IMG/VR virus record: IMGVR_UViG_3300044675_001548
Location: 54,229-118,228 of that record
Length of the DNA stretch: 64,000 nucleotides
Strand: one strand, 5' to 3'
DNA from: a virus
A program made the position numbers and the translations under genes. The notes beneath the pieces were generated by a model. It worked only from the letters and a program-made list of their open reading frames with translations. It was not told the origin of the DNA and made no database searches. Below are positions 49,101 to 58,600 of the stretch, piece by piece (positions within the stretch are counted from its first letter, which is position 1; each line of letters opens with the position of its first letter).

Positions 49101-49964
49101 TCTATCAAATCCTTTTAATGTCTTAAATATACCTGGTATTTTTCTTACATTATTTGCAGTAGTTGCTACTAGTGCTCCAGATCCACCCCCTAATGTAGCT
49201 CCTGTAAGTGCTGCGGCAGCAAGTTCTTCCATCAGTATTTCTGATACAATACCTGCAGTATATCCAAAAGACATTGCTGTATTATTAAAAAATCCAAACA
49301 AACCACCTTTAGAGGATTGCCCTATAGCCGCATATTCTTCATATAGTTTAGCATCATCTGCATCTACAGAAGTAAAATCACCCTGTAACATTTTCCCCAT
49401 ACTCTTAATACCTGATGTAAAACCAAGACCAGCAAGCGGCATAAATGAGTGTGTTATCATTCTGCTAAACTCATCAAACTTACTTGTTTGAGCCGTAAAC
49501 ACAGCTTCATTATCTTGAAAGGGTGTAAACCCAATTTTATCAAACTGCTCTTGACCTAAAGCATGATATTTTTTATAGTAAGCATTTCCAGCAGGTCCTG
49601 CATTATAGTTATAAGTTCCTCCATAAGTACCCTGAGAAGCAGCTCCAGACATTAGACCTTGTGCCATACTTAACTTAGCTCTACGTCTTTCATTAAAAGA
49701 CATATCTTTATTTGGTGCAGCTGGACCTGGAGGTGCACCAGTATATTTTTTAGTAAGTTGTTTTGGATAAGTTGTACCTCCTGTACGGGGTAGGGCATTA
49801 AAATATTGTGGTTGCTCAGGTTTAGGAAAGTTAATTTTAGGTTGTTCAATTCTATCACCTTCAAAAGGAGCTATTCCTTGTGTGTCTAATATTGGTAAAT
49901 CACCTCTACCATATTCCGGACCAAGTGGATCTAGTGAACTAAATGGTACATTATCTTCTGCCAT
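43161..49964 (-). CDS. Large virion/ejection protein with PP2C-like phosphatase and PD-(D/E)XK nuclease domains
   Basis: N-terminal Gly/Ala hydrophobic helices; NQDA, VADGMGG, HVGD, LASD, NDDA; GEIDIIIVD...IVDVKTG...QQTAY. Confidence 0.75.
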   Translation of the reverse strand: MAEDNVPFSSLDPLGPEYGRGDLPILDTQGIAPFEGDRIEQPKINFPKPEQPQYFNALPRTGGTTYPKQLTKKYTGAPPGPAAPNKDMSFNERRRAKLSMAQGLMSGAASQGTYGGTYNYNAGPAGNAYYKKYHALGQEQFDKIGFTPFQDNEAVFTAQTSKFDEFSRMITHSFMPLAGLGFTSGIKSMGKMLQGDFTSVDADDAKLYEEYAAIGQSSKGGLFGFFNNTAMSFGYTAGIVSEILMEELAAAALTGATLGGGSGALVATTANNVRKIPGIFKTLKGFDRAVDGTKAMKASLKTLDDINNTRSFWSKVKSAADTPIGKFINPADNTFDAIESIVRNSDNLTGLARTTQAVGKTAGGLYRDVRGLNMALSEARLEGGFVQNDTYDKLYSDFYQETGRRPSNKEQELMYKQAKEAGITALGWNAAIIHASNKIMFPNILGPRGGINNFIRAKTRDILDLKAGKIIFENAGKKAAKETVKAGAQKGMKGSFRYVENSLMNSIKGLAKDPVRAIPKVLGYAKANFSEGIQENLQEVISETTKNYYVESYKDPALANFNYAKSLFNTSLAGQFTGKGLETFASGFVMGLFGAPLNQAIPLLSYGKARLFNNEKYQEYVDAKQKVGTQMVNNLNALGADPTEFFNSKITNFAAQHRANIITKNGNTKEVNDAKSESFINQLTTAFETNTLDFFKDHLSSFKQYTPEEFEEALGFEKGTGAEYQARIDDILKHADNMQTTYKNLNQKYPDQINLDDYKKGSDDYNRAAIYKSALAEGKKNAVFFKHTYDDTMSRMYDMANTLLAEKPLKNMSAAEMQSIFEPSRMKSEMEMLRYEVETLRQSGKADDAAKADKIETKISAMDNFLKALNYRSKHYAADPSKIKSDFIDTLTDEQKEQITEEELDELLDRELEAQNMVRRSNESDNKVDSLFERAYKDYLKAVAGVSDDTYFDEAAETAFEKILDYYNLEKESRDMAKYVNLLNNPGDFADLVERHFEWMKKLWENRKDYYKDQIQASMNAFADNALLNQLADENFYVSLDDFERWQQTGQVPDEFFNDQKNIVVREGTAEYDRFSAIFDAAFLARQAGVLDENLNYDEELKKELEELDAQKAQELDALPKVEVTTQLDPVEPSKGSKVTAKDIEDQVQNTEYIDITFKTKDGQDEISLYRSEDGTFNNVNTGALVDLKSMKLDIIDNKRYTQELKPDPEQAQEIENVYKNKKADVINKYAEKKTAQAEAEEETPAAKAETKKAEPAVYSATDDFSTLDKALQDQLQEAFIKNFPEAEEFDDEQFFNELRAFARTSGVARRIIDEYNKKSKLTAATEVTGVPEKLVIKLSGKEVDLTDQPESVIKKNRQLLMMQINNMQNKDKRTPDENLMLAEAKADKAKIDRYLKSRDTKEVSEKMQETINRLQLVFDAQSKLEKINEAYYVENQLMRRVTKAIEELGVTEYSYSDETKVLASVNQTLVKGKSVEDFITDLRTKRPGGFSEYTYNELKRELEKILPTLKGGKPKATKTSTIFQPTEAEIKEEDGVIFGAAGKMGKDSSRQNQDAVFVDNNKGVFIVADGMGGVNKVPFFQPHDAARLMINQFRGVKEKNPFDIIANAYKANNQVTTEEIFKLLQSNGFISDSVKFDNTSFSGLADPTIIAINGLLRILKDPESITDKDSWLTRAVGAVGVKAQRVSNNKYEIEHVGDAVFFVVDKNNNIRQAEGLSTSPFVDGFTWGVDSNGNTSAEPAKKISKYTVELKPGERLVLASDFIETKEAIQDFIKAGFGKSLNFDDFRKNHKNDDASFISIEYQDPSAQTSGDTSSLSDEIRNEVMAIVKEKTYEASRIAGNYIDNQIKNIFDPKIGKAVYDENSITRIAYNNLFGPEGIVTDLKAKFDRNEIAVYTKDIRVFDKDAGIAGEIDIIIVDRDGNVKIVDVKTGEASKWNNFQDKKKFGYQKQKDYILQQTAYANLLFNMTGLNASIGIFPIEITKDDETGKVLSAQSPKVASGLLPGSYEIPLDKSIYQKEIDSIIPRKGVAVESKESAEAANLESIPRQDADDAPSPAVKAQETLEEKPIGVGKGDPDMAAQLAMKIRLAKSKDSIKAAQASLNKAVKKLSAAEVVELSNQLQEKLDSLSEGVLKLNKENLKENDKLIVKTPIFIRGAKWAIYGNTLVITDVSDTGVTVRKARGKKTENLTFAQVNALTTLKDSLEDMKATTEKPLTKKEQDIVAKSKANIDEFVKDFNRLDAIEAEADSMSIEDLEERLFNQNICE

Positions 49965-49981
49965 AATTAATAATTTTATTC

Positions 49982-52900
49982 TCAGTAACCATCATAATAA
50001 CCATTGAATGCACGGATATTATCTTCTCTATTTGCATTTAAATAGTCTACTCCATTTTTAAGATACAGCTCAAGTTGTCTATCTTTTGGTGAGAAACTAT
50101 CATAAGCTATGTCCTGATATACTTTTTTGTCAATGGGATTATACGTATCTATTGTGGTAGTTGTTATATACTTTGATGTACCAGTGGTACCTTTATCAAT
50201 TCTAAATGTACCACCATCCGGAACTGATTCCTCATAATAACCTCTGTAATCTACAATATTTTCTAGTGGTGTTTTATAAACACTATTCATTAACGGATTA
50301 CCAAAGGCATCTGAAGAGGATATAACAGATAATCCATTTTGTATAATAGCATTATACTCATCATTGGTTAACAAATTATTTGTATTATCCTTATCTGTAG
50401 CTTTAAACTGTTTAAGCCACTCAGCATCAGGCATAATTATCATAGCAGATTTATTATAATCTCCACCTGCCATTGGTAACGCAGCAAGTGTAAATGGTTT
50501 TAAATCATTATCTGGTAATGAAGATTGACTTATAAGAGCCTGAAGAATTGCTTGACCTTTTCTAGTTTGTGCAACTGCTACATCTAGATCTTCCATTGCT
50601 GTTTTTTCTGTTCCAGTTATACCTTCAGTATTACCAAACAAAATAGCATTTTCTTTACCGTCAAATGATGCCATGTTACGGAAATCATTTGTGAACCCAT
50701 GCCATGAATTAAATCCCTTAGTGCCAGGTGCTTGAGGTAATACCTGTATTCCTGTGCCTGTAGCAGCAAATCCTGTCCCCCCTTCATTAAGTACTCTGAA
50801 AGTAGGCATGTCAGCTAAATTATTATTTTTATACCAATCAGAACTTGTTGCATTCTTAAATATTTTATCATATCTGCTTTCAAGTTGTTCCTTTAAAAGA
50901 ACATATGCTTGGTCTTTTGTATCTCCACCTAGACCAGCAATACCTCTCACATATGGGCTATACTTAGCTATTTTTTCTCCAACCCATGTAGTAGGTGCTT
51001 CATTTCGGAATAAACCATTCCAATATTTAAGTGTCTCAGCATCCATACTATTTCTTCCACCTGTAGTATAGAACATAAAAGCATCACCAACAGCCTCAAA
51101 AAAGTTTTTATTTGATTCTGGCTGAATTTGCTCACCATATATAGCTTTAGATGCAACTTGTCTAAGTTCTTCTTTGCTTAGAAGATTGTTATCTTTATCA
51201 AACATCATCTTAGCTATTGGTCCTATTTCAGGATCACTTTCCATAGCTAGCCTAGTTTGATATTTAAAATCTTCTATATCATGATTTACATATGCAGAAA
51301 ACTTTGCTGGACGTAATGTTTCATTAATAAAGTTTGGTGCTGTTTCAGCAATAAAGGGAATATCATAATTGTCCTTTATTGTTTCTTCAAGTTTAGCGGT
51401 GACATAATCATAATAGTTTCTTGTATCAACATATTTTTTACCTGTCTTATCTGTTGCTATAGAATTTCTTCCTACAGGTATAAATGTTTTTTCTAGATTA
51501 TATATATCTTGGGCTGTTAGTTTATCAAGGTTCTCAAGAGTTACTCTTGGTGCTCTTGTTACTCTTTTTTCATCATCAAAATCTACATAATCATCCACTC
51601 TATAATCAGGACTAGTACCATCACTTTCAGTAACACTAGCAAATCTAGATGATGCTTTTCTTGTTGGTTGCCCTGTTTTAGGATTTATTTGGCCAAAATC
51701 TCCTGGATTTAAGATCTCATCAATTTCCTCTTCAGAAAGAGCCTTACTATCAAATGCTTTTTTTAACCATACACTAAATTGACCATTAGTTGCCTGGAAC
51801 TCTTGTGTTTTTCTTTTCTGAGCATTATTTAAAAGATCTGCAGGATTTAATTCATCTGTAGAATTTGTTATTGATTTCCATTCAAATGCCTCATTCTCAT
51901 TTGGTACAATGTCAACTATGGGATTACCATACTGATCAGTTGCCATTTTACCTGTTTTTGGATTTATTCTTGGTTGTGATTTTAAATAACCTTTTTTAAG
52001 ACCTTCAGAAGTTTTTAATGTTTCAAGTTCACCAGCATTTCTTATTCTAGCTGCATCAGTTGCACCTTTTGCTTTTATACTAGCAGCTCTTGTACTGTAT
52101 GAACCTCTAGTATGAATTTGTTGCATAGCTTGAGCATGTTTAACTTCAAGCACTTTGTATGGATTTTCTTTAATACTTGTCTTAGCATCTTTATATGCAA
52201 ATATTTCTGCAGCTTCATTAAGATCTTTAGACATAAGCATGCTTGCCATACCTGCATCAACCTTCCATCTCAGTGAGTTTACATCACCATAAGGATTAAT
52301 AAATCCTGTAGAAGTTGAAGGTGTGCTGGATGAAGTTTGACTAAATTCATTATTTTGTTTCTCAACTCTCTCAAGAATCTTATCATTAATTTCTTTAGCT
52401 TGTTTGTATTCATTTAATAGTTTCTCTGCAGATGGTGCAGCTTTTTTATCAGCAATAGATTTTTCTATTTCCTTTATCTTATCAGCATAGGATGTACTTC
52501 TGTTTTGAACAGCTTTATATCTTTGAGCATTTTGATCTTTGAGTATGTTAAAGCTATCTTCAAGGTATTTCATCTCTGCTGCATTTTGATCTCCATTAAA
52601 CTGTGCTGCATTTGAAGCCGCATAGTCTTTACGGTTTACATAAGCTTGAGTTTTATACACAGCTTGTACTTGTGGATCAGAGCCTAGTCTTGCTTCAAAT
52701 AATTTACTAAGTGGCTCTCTTAATTTTTCACCATTTTTTTGTGTAATAATCCATTTTTCATCCGGACTAAAGTCTACTGACTCAATTGAGAGACCAGCAT
52801 CCTTAGCAATCTTTTGAGCTAACTCAATAGAGTTTACATAAGGTGTATATGCTACATTTTGGAATCCCATTGCAGTACCATCATCAGCTTTTTTAAACTC

Positions 52901-53350
52901 ATCTCTTTTATACTGCATTTCTCTAAGTCCTGTATCCCAGAATTGCTTTCTTCTTTCTGCATCTGCTGAACCTTGTAAGGCTTCGGCTCTTCCTACTTGC
53001 GCATTGTAGGTCTTGGTCCAAGCCATATCTTTCATTAGATTCTTATCTTCATAGAAAGGTTTAAATACTTGTGTAGCCTGGTTTACATTTTGCTCTAAAG
53101 ACAAATCAAGTTGTGATACTCTCTTTAAATTAAACTCCATGTTCTTTAAAAGCTCATCTTTCTTTTTTATATTTCCATCTCTTGTAAGGTCAGCATAAAA
53201 ATACTGTCCATACATTTTATTAAGTGACTTCCAGTTACTGTCATACTGACTTTGTTTAGTCTGTAGAACATTTGCATAGAAATTTAAATCAGGCTGAAAG
53301 GGTTGAAACTCCGGTATATAATCAGTGACTCCCTGTAGATATGTTGCCAT
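49982..53350 (-). CDS. Large putative virion cargo protein
   Basis: 1122-aa ORF with no Cys, in the late arm directly upstream of the ejection-protein genes; no catalytic motif recognised. Confidence 0.6.
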   Translation of the reverse strand: MATYLQGVTDYIPEFQPFQPDLNFYANVLQTKQSQYDSNWKSLNKMYGQYFYADLTRDGNIKKKDELLKNMEFNLKRVSQLDLSLEQNVNQATQVFKPFYEDKNLMKDMAWTKTYNAQVGRAEALQGSADAERRKQFWDTGLREMQYKRDEFKKADDGTAMGFQNVAYTPYVNSIELAQKIAKDAGLSIESVDFSPDEKWIITQKNGEKLREPLSKLFEARLGSDPQVQAVYKTQAYVNRKDYAASNAAQFNGDQNAAEMKYLEDSFNILKDQNAQRYKAVQNRSTSYADKIKEIEKSIADKKAAPSAEKLLNEYKQAKEINDKILERVEKQNNEFSQTSSSTPSTSTGFINPYGDVNSLRWKVDAGMASMLMSKDLNEAAEIFAYKDAKTSIKENPYKVLEVKHAQAMQQIHTRGSYSTRAASIKAKGATDAARIRNAGELETLKTSEGLKKGYLKSQPRINPKTGKMATDQYGNPIVDIVPNENEAFEWKSITNSTDELNPADLLNNAQKRKTQEFQATNGQFSVWLKKAFDSKALSEEEIDEILNPGDFGQINPKTGQPTRKASSRFASVTESDGTSPDYRVDDYVDFDDEKRVTRAPRVTLENLDKLTAQDIYNLEKTFIPVGRNSIATDKTGKKYVDTRNYYDYVTAKLEETIKDNYDIPFIAETAPNFINETLRPAKFSAYVNHDIEDFKYQTRLAMESDPEIGPIAKMMFDKDNNLLSKEELRQVASKAIYGEQIQPESNKNFFEAVGDAFMFYTTGGRNSMDAETLKYWNGLFRNEAPTTWVGEKIAKYSPYVRGIAGLGGDTKDQAYVLLKEQLESRYDKIFKNATSSDWYKNNNLADMPTFRVLNEGGTGFAATGTGIQVLPQAPGTKGFNSWHGFTNDFRNMASFDGKENAILFGNTEGITGTEKTAMEDLDVAVAQTRKGQAILQALISQSSLPDNDLKPFTLAALPMAGGDYNKSAMIIMPDAEWLKQFKATDKDNTNNLLTNDEYNAIIQNGLSVISSSDAFGNPLMNSVYKTPLENIVDYRGYYEESVPDGGTFRIDKGTTGTSKYITTTTIDTYNPIDKKVYQDIAYDSFSPKDRQLELYLKNGVDYLNANREDNIRAFNGYYDGY

Positions 53351-53367
53351 AGTAATTTATCTTTGTG

Positions 53368-53396
53368 TAAAACTATTAAAATTTTATAAGTTTAAT
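53368..53396 (-). promoter_or_regulatory. Candidate late-gene regulatory motif, copy A
   Basis: On the - strand ATTAAACTTATAAAATTTTAATAGTTT; closely resembles 60498-60524; both sit in the only sizeable late intergenic gaps. Confidence 0.4.
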
Positions 53397-53409
53397 AAAC
53401 CTGAGAAGT

Positions 53410-55680
53410 TTACATAATAAAAGGGAAGATTGTATCTGCATAGACATAACCTCCATTTTTTAAGTAACCTACATAACCTCCTCTTTGTAAATTATCACTG
53501 CCAGCACCTCTCATACGTGCAGATACCATTCTACCAATTATATCTTTATCAATCCCTGCTGCTTCTAAACTTTGTACATATTTTATATCATCTGCATCTT
53601 TAGTTGGATTAAGAGTTTTTTCTGTTGGTCTATAACTTACAAACCCACCAGTAGAAGGATCAACTTGATAGTTAGGTGTTAATTGGTTCTGCGCATCTGT
53701 TTGTGCTCTGTTAGTAACAGCAGTATTGTACTGTTGTCTAAGATTGTTCATAGCTTGTCTCTTAGAGTTGTCAAACTGTTGATTAGCAATAACATTCTTA
53801 TCATACAAATCATTAGCAATTTGCTGGTTCATCAACTGTTCTTGGTTTCTAATTCCAACTTGTTGACCTTCAAATTGATTTGCTATACCAACATTTTGGT
53901 TGTTTATGTTAGATAGTGTATTTGCTGCTTGTGCTGCAGCTGATCCTTGTATGTTAGCTAGTCTTGCACCCATTTGTTGAGCACTACCTGCAAAGGCATT
54001 AGATGCTTGAGCAGCAATATTAGCTTGTTCAGATTGTGCTGCTAACTCTCTTGTAGGATCTAAGAATGTAGGTCTAGGTTCTTCAAGATCAACTTGAGCG
54101 GCCCACGGCATGTATTTGTTTATACTTGCCATATCACCAAATGCACCCATAGTATTTACAGTATCTTGTAACCACCATGGAGCATAACCATCCTCCATTA
54201 CAGGTTCTTGATAGTATTCATCTTCTACTTCTTCTTCAACTTCCTTTGATGGACAAGGAGGACATGTGCCATCAGCATTCTTAGGCATCGGTTCTGACTT
54301 AGTACCATCTTCATATTCACAAATACATTCCTGCTCATTAACAGGTGTTCCTTCTATCTTTACTATATCAACTTTTTCTTCAATGTTTTGACATGCTTGT
54401 AATTGTTTTCTTATGTCTTCAATTCCTTTATAACCGGCATCAAAGAACTTATTTATTTTACCTGTTTCATCTGGTACACCATTAATAACTTCATCAACTG
54501 TGTAACCTTTAAGATCACCGTTCTTCATTCTACCACACACACCAGACACATATGCAGATAAGTTAAAATTAGCAGTGTTACCTTTACCTGTTGTTGAACT
54601 TTTAATTGCTTTACCACCAGAAACATCACCTGTCCCATAATAACCACCACCTAAATCCTCATATCCTGAGGGTGCTGTTTTTACAGTTTTTACTCCTTCT
54701 TTTGGTATTCTTGTTTTTAATTCATCTTTAGTATATTTTCTACCTGTTGTTTTTACCTCATCACCGGGTCCGTACTTCTTTAATGCACCACCATAAGCCA
54801 TTTGATTAGGGTCACTATAGAATGGCATTCCATAACCACCCATTTCCATACCATAGGCTGCCATAGGATATCCTCCATATTGCATTGGTGGTTGCATCAT
54901 TGCTTGGTCTGGTGCTCCTTGTTCTGGCATTGGTTCACCTTGTGGCATAGCTACGGGAGATCCATCAGGCATAGTTTGAGGAGCTTCATTTTCTTCAGCC
55001 ATCATTTCTTCACCTTCTGCTTCTAATCCAGCTTCTGTAGCCTCTTCTTCCTCTTCTTGAGGTGGTACAAAGTCTGCTTCAGAAAGACCATTAGCTTCCA
55101 TGAATGGTTTAGCTACAGCAGGAACACCTTGAGGGAATCCTTTCTTAGCCTCTTGTGCTAATGCTAATGCTCCTAACTTCATGTTATAATTACGGATCAT
55201 TATCTCTGCAGTCTTTCTATCTATTGCATCTGAGTTGGGGTCCTGTAATATCTCTCTATACTTCTGTATGTCATATTGTTTAGAAAGTTGAGCTGGAGTA
55301 TATGCGGTTTTACCTTTTACAGCTTTACCAAACTTAGCTAGTAATGCTGGGTCCTTTATCTTCATTTCTCTAAAGTCACTGTAGATAAAACTATCATCCG
55401 GCAGATTTAATGGAACACCACCTTGAGCATGTCTTGGTCCTTTAATAGTGTAGAATGCAGGTATATTACCTGTATTCATCATCACTGTTTCATTACCTTC
55501 TGCTTCAAGATTAGCCTCTTCTCTTGGCACCTTCTTGAGTGTTCTATTCATCTTTATATCAGGAATACCAATATATGAATCATAGTCTGCACCACCCATT
55601 GCAGGCACATCATTAGCTAAAGCTCCACGTACTTGATAACCTGTTCTGGCTTTTGGTACTTTTTTAATTCTTACTTTCAT
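53410..55680 (-). CDS. Putative virion cargo protein with GG-motif punctuation
   Basis: EAEGNET...GPRHAQGGVPL...FIYSD segment; MQYGG, MEMGG, MAYGG, LQRGG, LKNGG; Cys cluster. Confidence 0.6.
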   Translation of the reverse strand: MKVRIKKVPKARTGYQVRGALANDVPAMGGADYDSYIGIPDIKMNRTLKKVPREEANLEAEGNETVMMNTGNIPAFYTIKGPRHAQGGVPLNLPDDSFIYSDFREMKIKDPALLAKFGKAVKGKTAYTPAQLSKQYDIQKYREILQDPNSDAIDRKTAEIMIRNYNMKLGALALAQEAKKGFPQGVPAVAKPFMEANGLSEADFVPPQEEEEEATEAGLEAEGEEMMAEENEAPQTMPDGSPVAMPQGEPMPEQGAPDQAMMQPPMQYGGYPMAAYGMEMGGYGMPFYSDPNQMAYGGALKKYGPGDEVKTTGRKYTKDELKTRIPKEGVKTVKTAPSGYEDLGGGYYGTGDVSGGKAIKSSTTGKGNTANFNLSAYVSGVCGRMKNGDLKGYTVDEVINGVPDETGKINKFFDAGYKGIEDIRKQLQACQNIEEKVDIVKIEGTPVNEQECICEYEDGTKSEPMPKNADGTCPPCPSKEVEEEVEDEYYQEPVMEDGYAPWWLQDTVNTMGAFGDMASINKYMPWAAQVDLEEPRPTFLDPTRELAAQSEQANIAAQASNAFAGSAQQMGARLANIQGSAAAQAANTLSNINNQNVGIANQFEGQQVGIRNQEQLMNQQIANDLYDKNVIANQQFDNSKRQAMNNLRQQYNTAVTNRAQTDAQNQLTPNYQVDPSTGGFVSYRPTEKTLNPTKDADDIKYVQSLEAAGIDKDIIGRMVSARMRGAGSDNLQRGGYVGYLKNGGYVYADTIFPFIM

Positions 55681-55685
55681 TATAT

Positions 55686-58600
55686 TTAACTTATAATTTC
55701 TACTTCACCACCATTTGCTAGGAATTCTTCCAGTTCTTCCGGAGTCATATCTACTACATCACCTTCTGCAAAACCACCCTCTTGCATGAAACCACCTAAC
55801 TGTTTAGATCTACTGTTCCATATCTGACCTTGTTCATTAGGTCTGTATAAACCAGTATTAGTATCATAGTCTCCACGGTCTCTACTAGGATCAGAAGCAT
55901 AAAGATTATCTGAAGTAAACTTGTCATAGAAGTCTTTGTTCTGTCTTCTCTGATCTCTTTTCTCAAGCCTATCAAATAAACCTCTGGCAAGAGCATTACC
56001 AGAGTTTAGCATAGCCTGTGCATCAAGTTCATAAGTATCTTTATTTTTAAAGTCTATTGCAAAAGAATCTTCTTCAATTCTTCTTCTAGCTTCATCTGGT
56101 GACATTACAATCTCATTGCCTGATTCATCCATAGTAGATGTACTACCTGCAGGAGCAGCACTAAAGTCATCACCCTCACCATAACCTTCATAGTAATTTA
56201 GTGTAGATTTTAGTTGTTGATTTTCATCTTTTTTAGGTTCACCAAATCCTGGTATAACAAGTTTACCAGCATCATCATAACGGAGAAAAGGGTTCACTGG
56301 GTTATTTGTATTTGATACAGGGCTTTCTGTTCCTGTTGAAGTCCTAGTAACTTCATCACCATAAACAAACTTGCTTAGTGCACCACCATATTGTTTACCT
56401 ATAATACCACGCATCCAATCAGGTACAAATTCCATTGCAGAATCTTGCTTTTGTTTTTTACTTCTAGGTTTTGCAATCTGATCTATTTTTCCTTGCATTG
56501 TATTATAGAACTTATCATAACCTTCTACTTTTAGATAGTTATCAAAGTCACCATAATTTTTTCTCTGTGCTGGTGACATGTTTTGCCACCTTGTATCAAT
56601 AGCATATAGTGTTTTTTGTCCAGCAGGAGAATCTTTTAATGTTTCAAGTTGATTTTTGTTTTTGTTTATTACACCTTTAATATCCCAGTCATCAGTCCAG
56701 TTACCAGCCTGATTACCTTGTCTATCAGAATTAAATGCTTGTTCTTTAAGTGCACCAGCATCTCTAGATTGTTTAGATCCTTGACTTCCAGAACCAGATG
56801 AGGCTTGTTGTTGCTGTTGTCTTATAGCAGCTTGCTGTTGATCATATTGTTGTTTAGCAGCAATCTCTCTATTTCTTACAGAACCTTCACTCATACCATC
56901 CATAGTTCCCGGAAGATATTGCTCATCATTAGATGCAAATCCTTCAAAGGCATCTGTATATTGTGGAAAACTATTTAGAAGCATATCTTCATAATTAGCT
57001 CCTTCTAATTGGCTTGCTGGTAGTGTTGGTGCATTGATATTATCAGTATAAGCTAACTTATAAAGATCTTCACTAGGTTTTCTAGTATTTGGAATTGCTT
57101 GATCTCTATTGCTGAATATATTTGATTCAGTTAATCTAGCACTACGTGGTTGAAAGTCAACAGGTTCAGATCTTCTATTTTTCTCATAGTAATCCATAGC
57201 TGCTTTTTCTCTGTCAGATAATTGGTAATCTTCTCCAGTTGCAATTTCAGGAGTTGCACCAAAGTTAGGATTTGCTGCAGGAGCACCAGAACTTCCCATA
57301 AACATAGGGTTTCTTTGCATTGATTGTTGATTCATGATCTCTTCTTCAGCATCAGCTGTTAAGTTATCTCTTTCAACTGCAGCTGCATCTTTTCCTACAA
57401 CTTCATTTCTTTGACGTATTAGTTCTTCAAGCTTGCTGTCTATCTGACCTTTTGTAGGGTTTTGTTTTAATAGTTCATTGAACTCAGCATCAGCTCCTTC
57501 ACCAAGTACCTCTGTAATATCACTCATAACATCACCCCATTCTCCTTGAACATAGTTATTTGCAGAATCAGGGGAATCATAAGTTGTAGTAGATTCTTCA
57601 AAGTCTGAAGGTCCTTCTTCATTTCCACCACCCATACCAATACCAAATGGATCATCCTGTACTCCTTCAACTTCAGAGAAGTTTCTTATAACACCTTTGT
57701 TAGCTTCAGTAGCCGCATCTCTTGCAGCAATTTCTTCAGCAGAAGGTCCATAAGCAGTTTCTTCAGTTTCAGCTTCAGGATCAGGTAATGAGTCAACCCA
57801 TTCTTGACTCTTCATATTTCTTTTCTCTTGTCTTTTTTCTTTTGCACTCATTTTATCCCATTCTGCATCTGAATATCCAAAGAAGTCTTTTGGATCTTTT
57901 GCTGATTTATTTGCAGTTGCTCCTGAAGCAGAATCTGAATAATCAGCTGATGATGCTGAAGAAGGTTGACTACCAGGTTTAGCACCGCTTGTCTCTTCTA
58001 AGAATTTAGCAAGCTTAGGATCTACATTGTAGTTACTAAAGTGCATAGTATATTTCTTAGGTCTACCGGATAACCAGCCTGATTTTCTTACATCAATTTT
58101 TGTAAGATTAGTGTTGGGTCCAAAACCTCCAGCAAAAGCTCCACCAGTTCTTGGATCATAAGGCATACCTTGTTGTTGAGACCATGTACCCACTCTTCTT
58201 ACAGTGTTAGCTGGGAAGTATCTACCAAAAGCATTTGGTCTATAACCACCTCTTACATATCCACCATAAGGATCATATCCTCCACCACCACCTGAAGACT
58301 GATTTTCTTTTGTATAATCATCTTGCCATTTCTTTTTTTCATCAGCTAGTCTCTTATCATAATCTTCTTTAGATGTAATAGCTTGGAACTCTGGTTTTTT
58401 AGCCTCTTCTTTTTTCTCTTCTTTTTTCTCTTCAACTATTCTTTTAGTTTGTAAATTATCAGGAACACCATCACCATCTTTGTCCCAGTCCTTTACTTCT
58501 CCCTTTTTTTCATATTTTACTAAACCACCTTTAGCAAAGAATGGACTACCTGTATTTCTAGAGTCTGTATAGTCTAGGTCTTGTTGTGTGGTAACATCAT

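Noticed and set aside
53358-53365. TATCTTTG match to the Bacteroidota -7 box on the + strand (antisense to late genes)
   Set aside because: No TTG at the 19-nt spacing (TAG instead); such 8-mers are expected by chance in AT-rich DNA.
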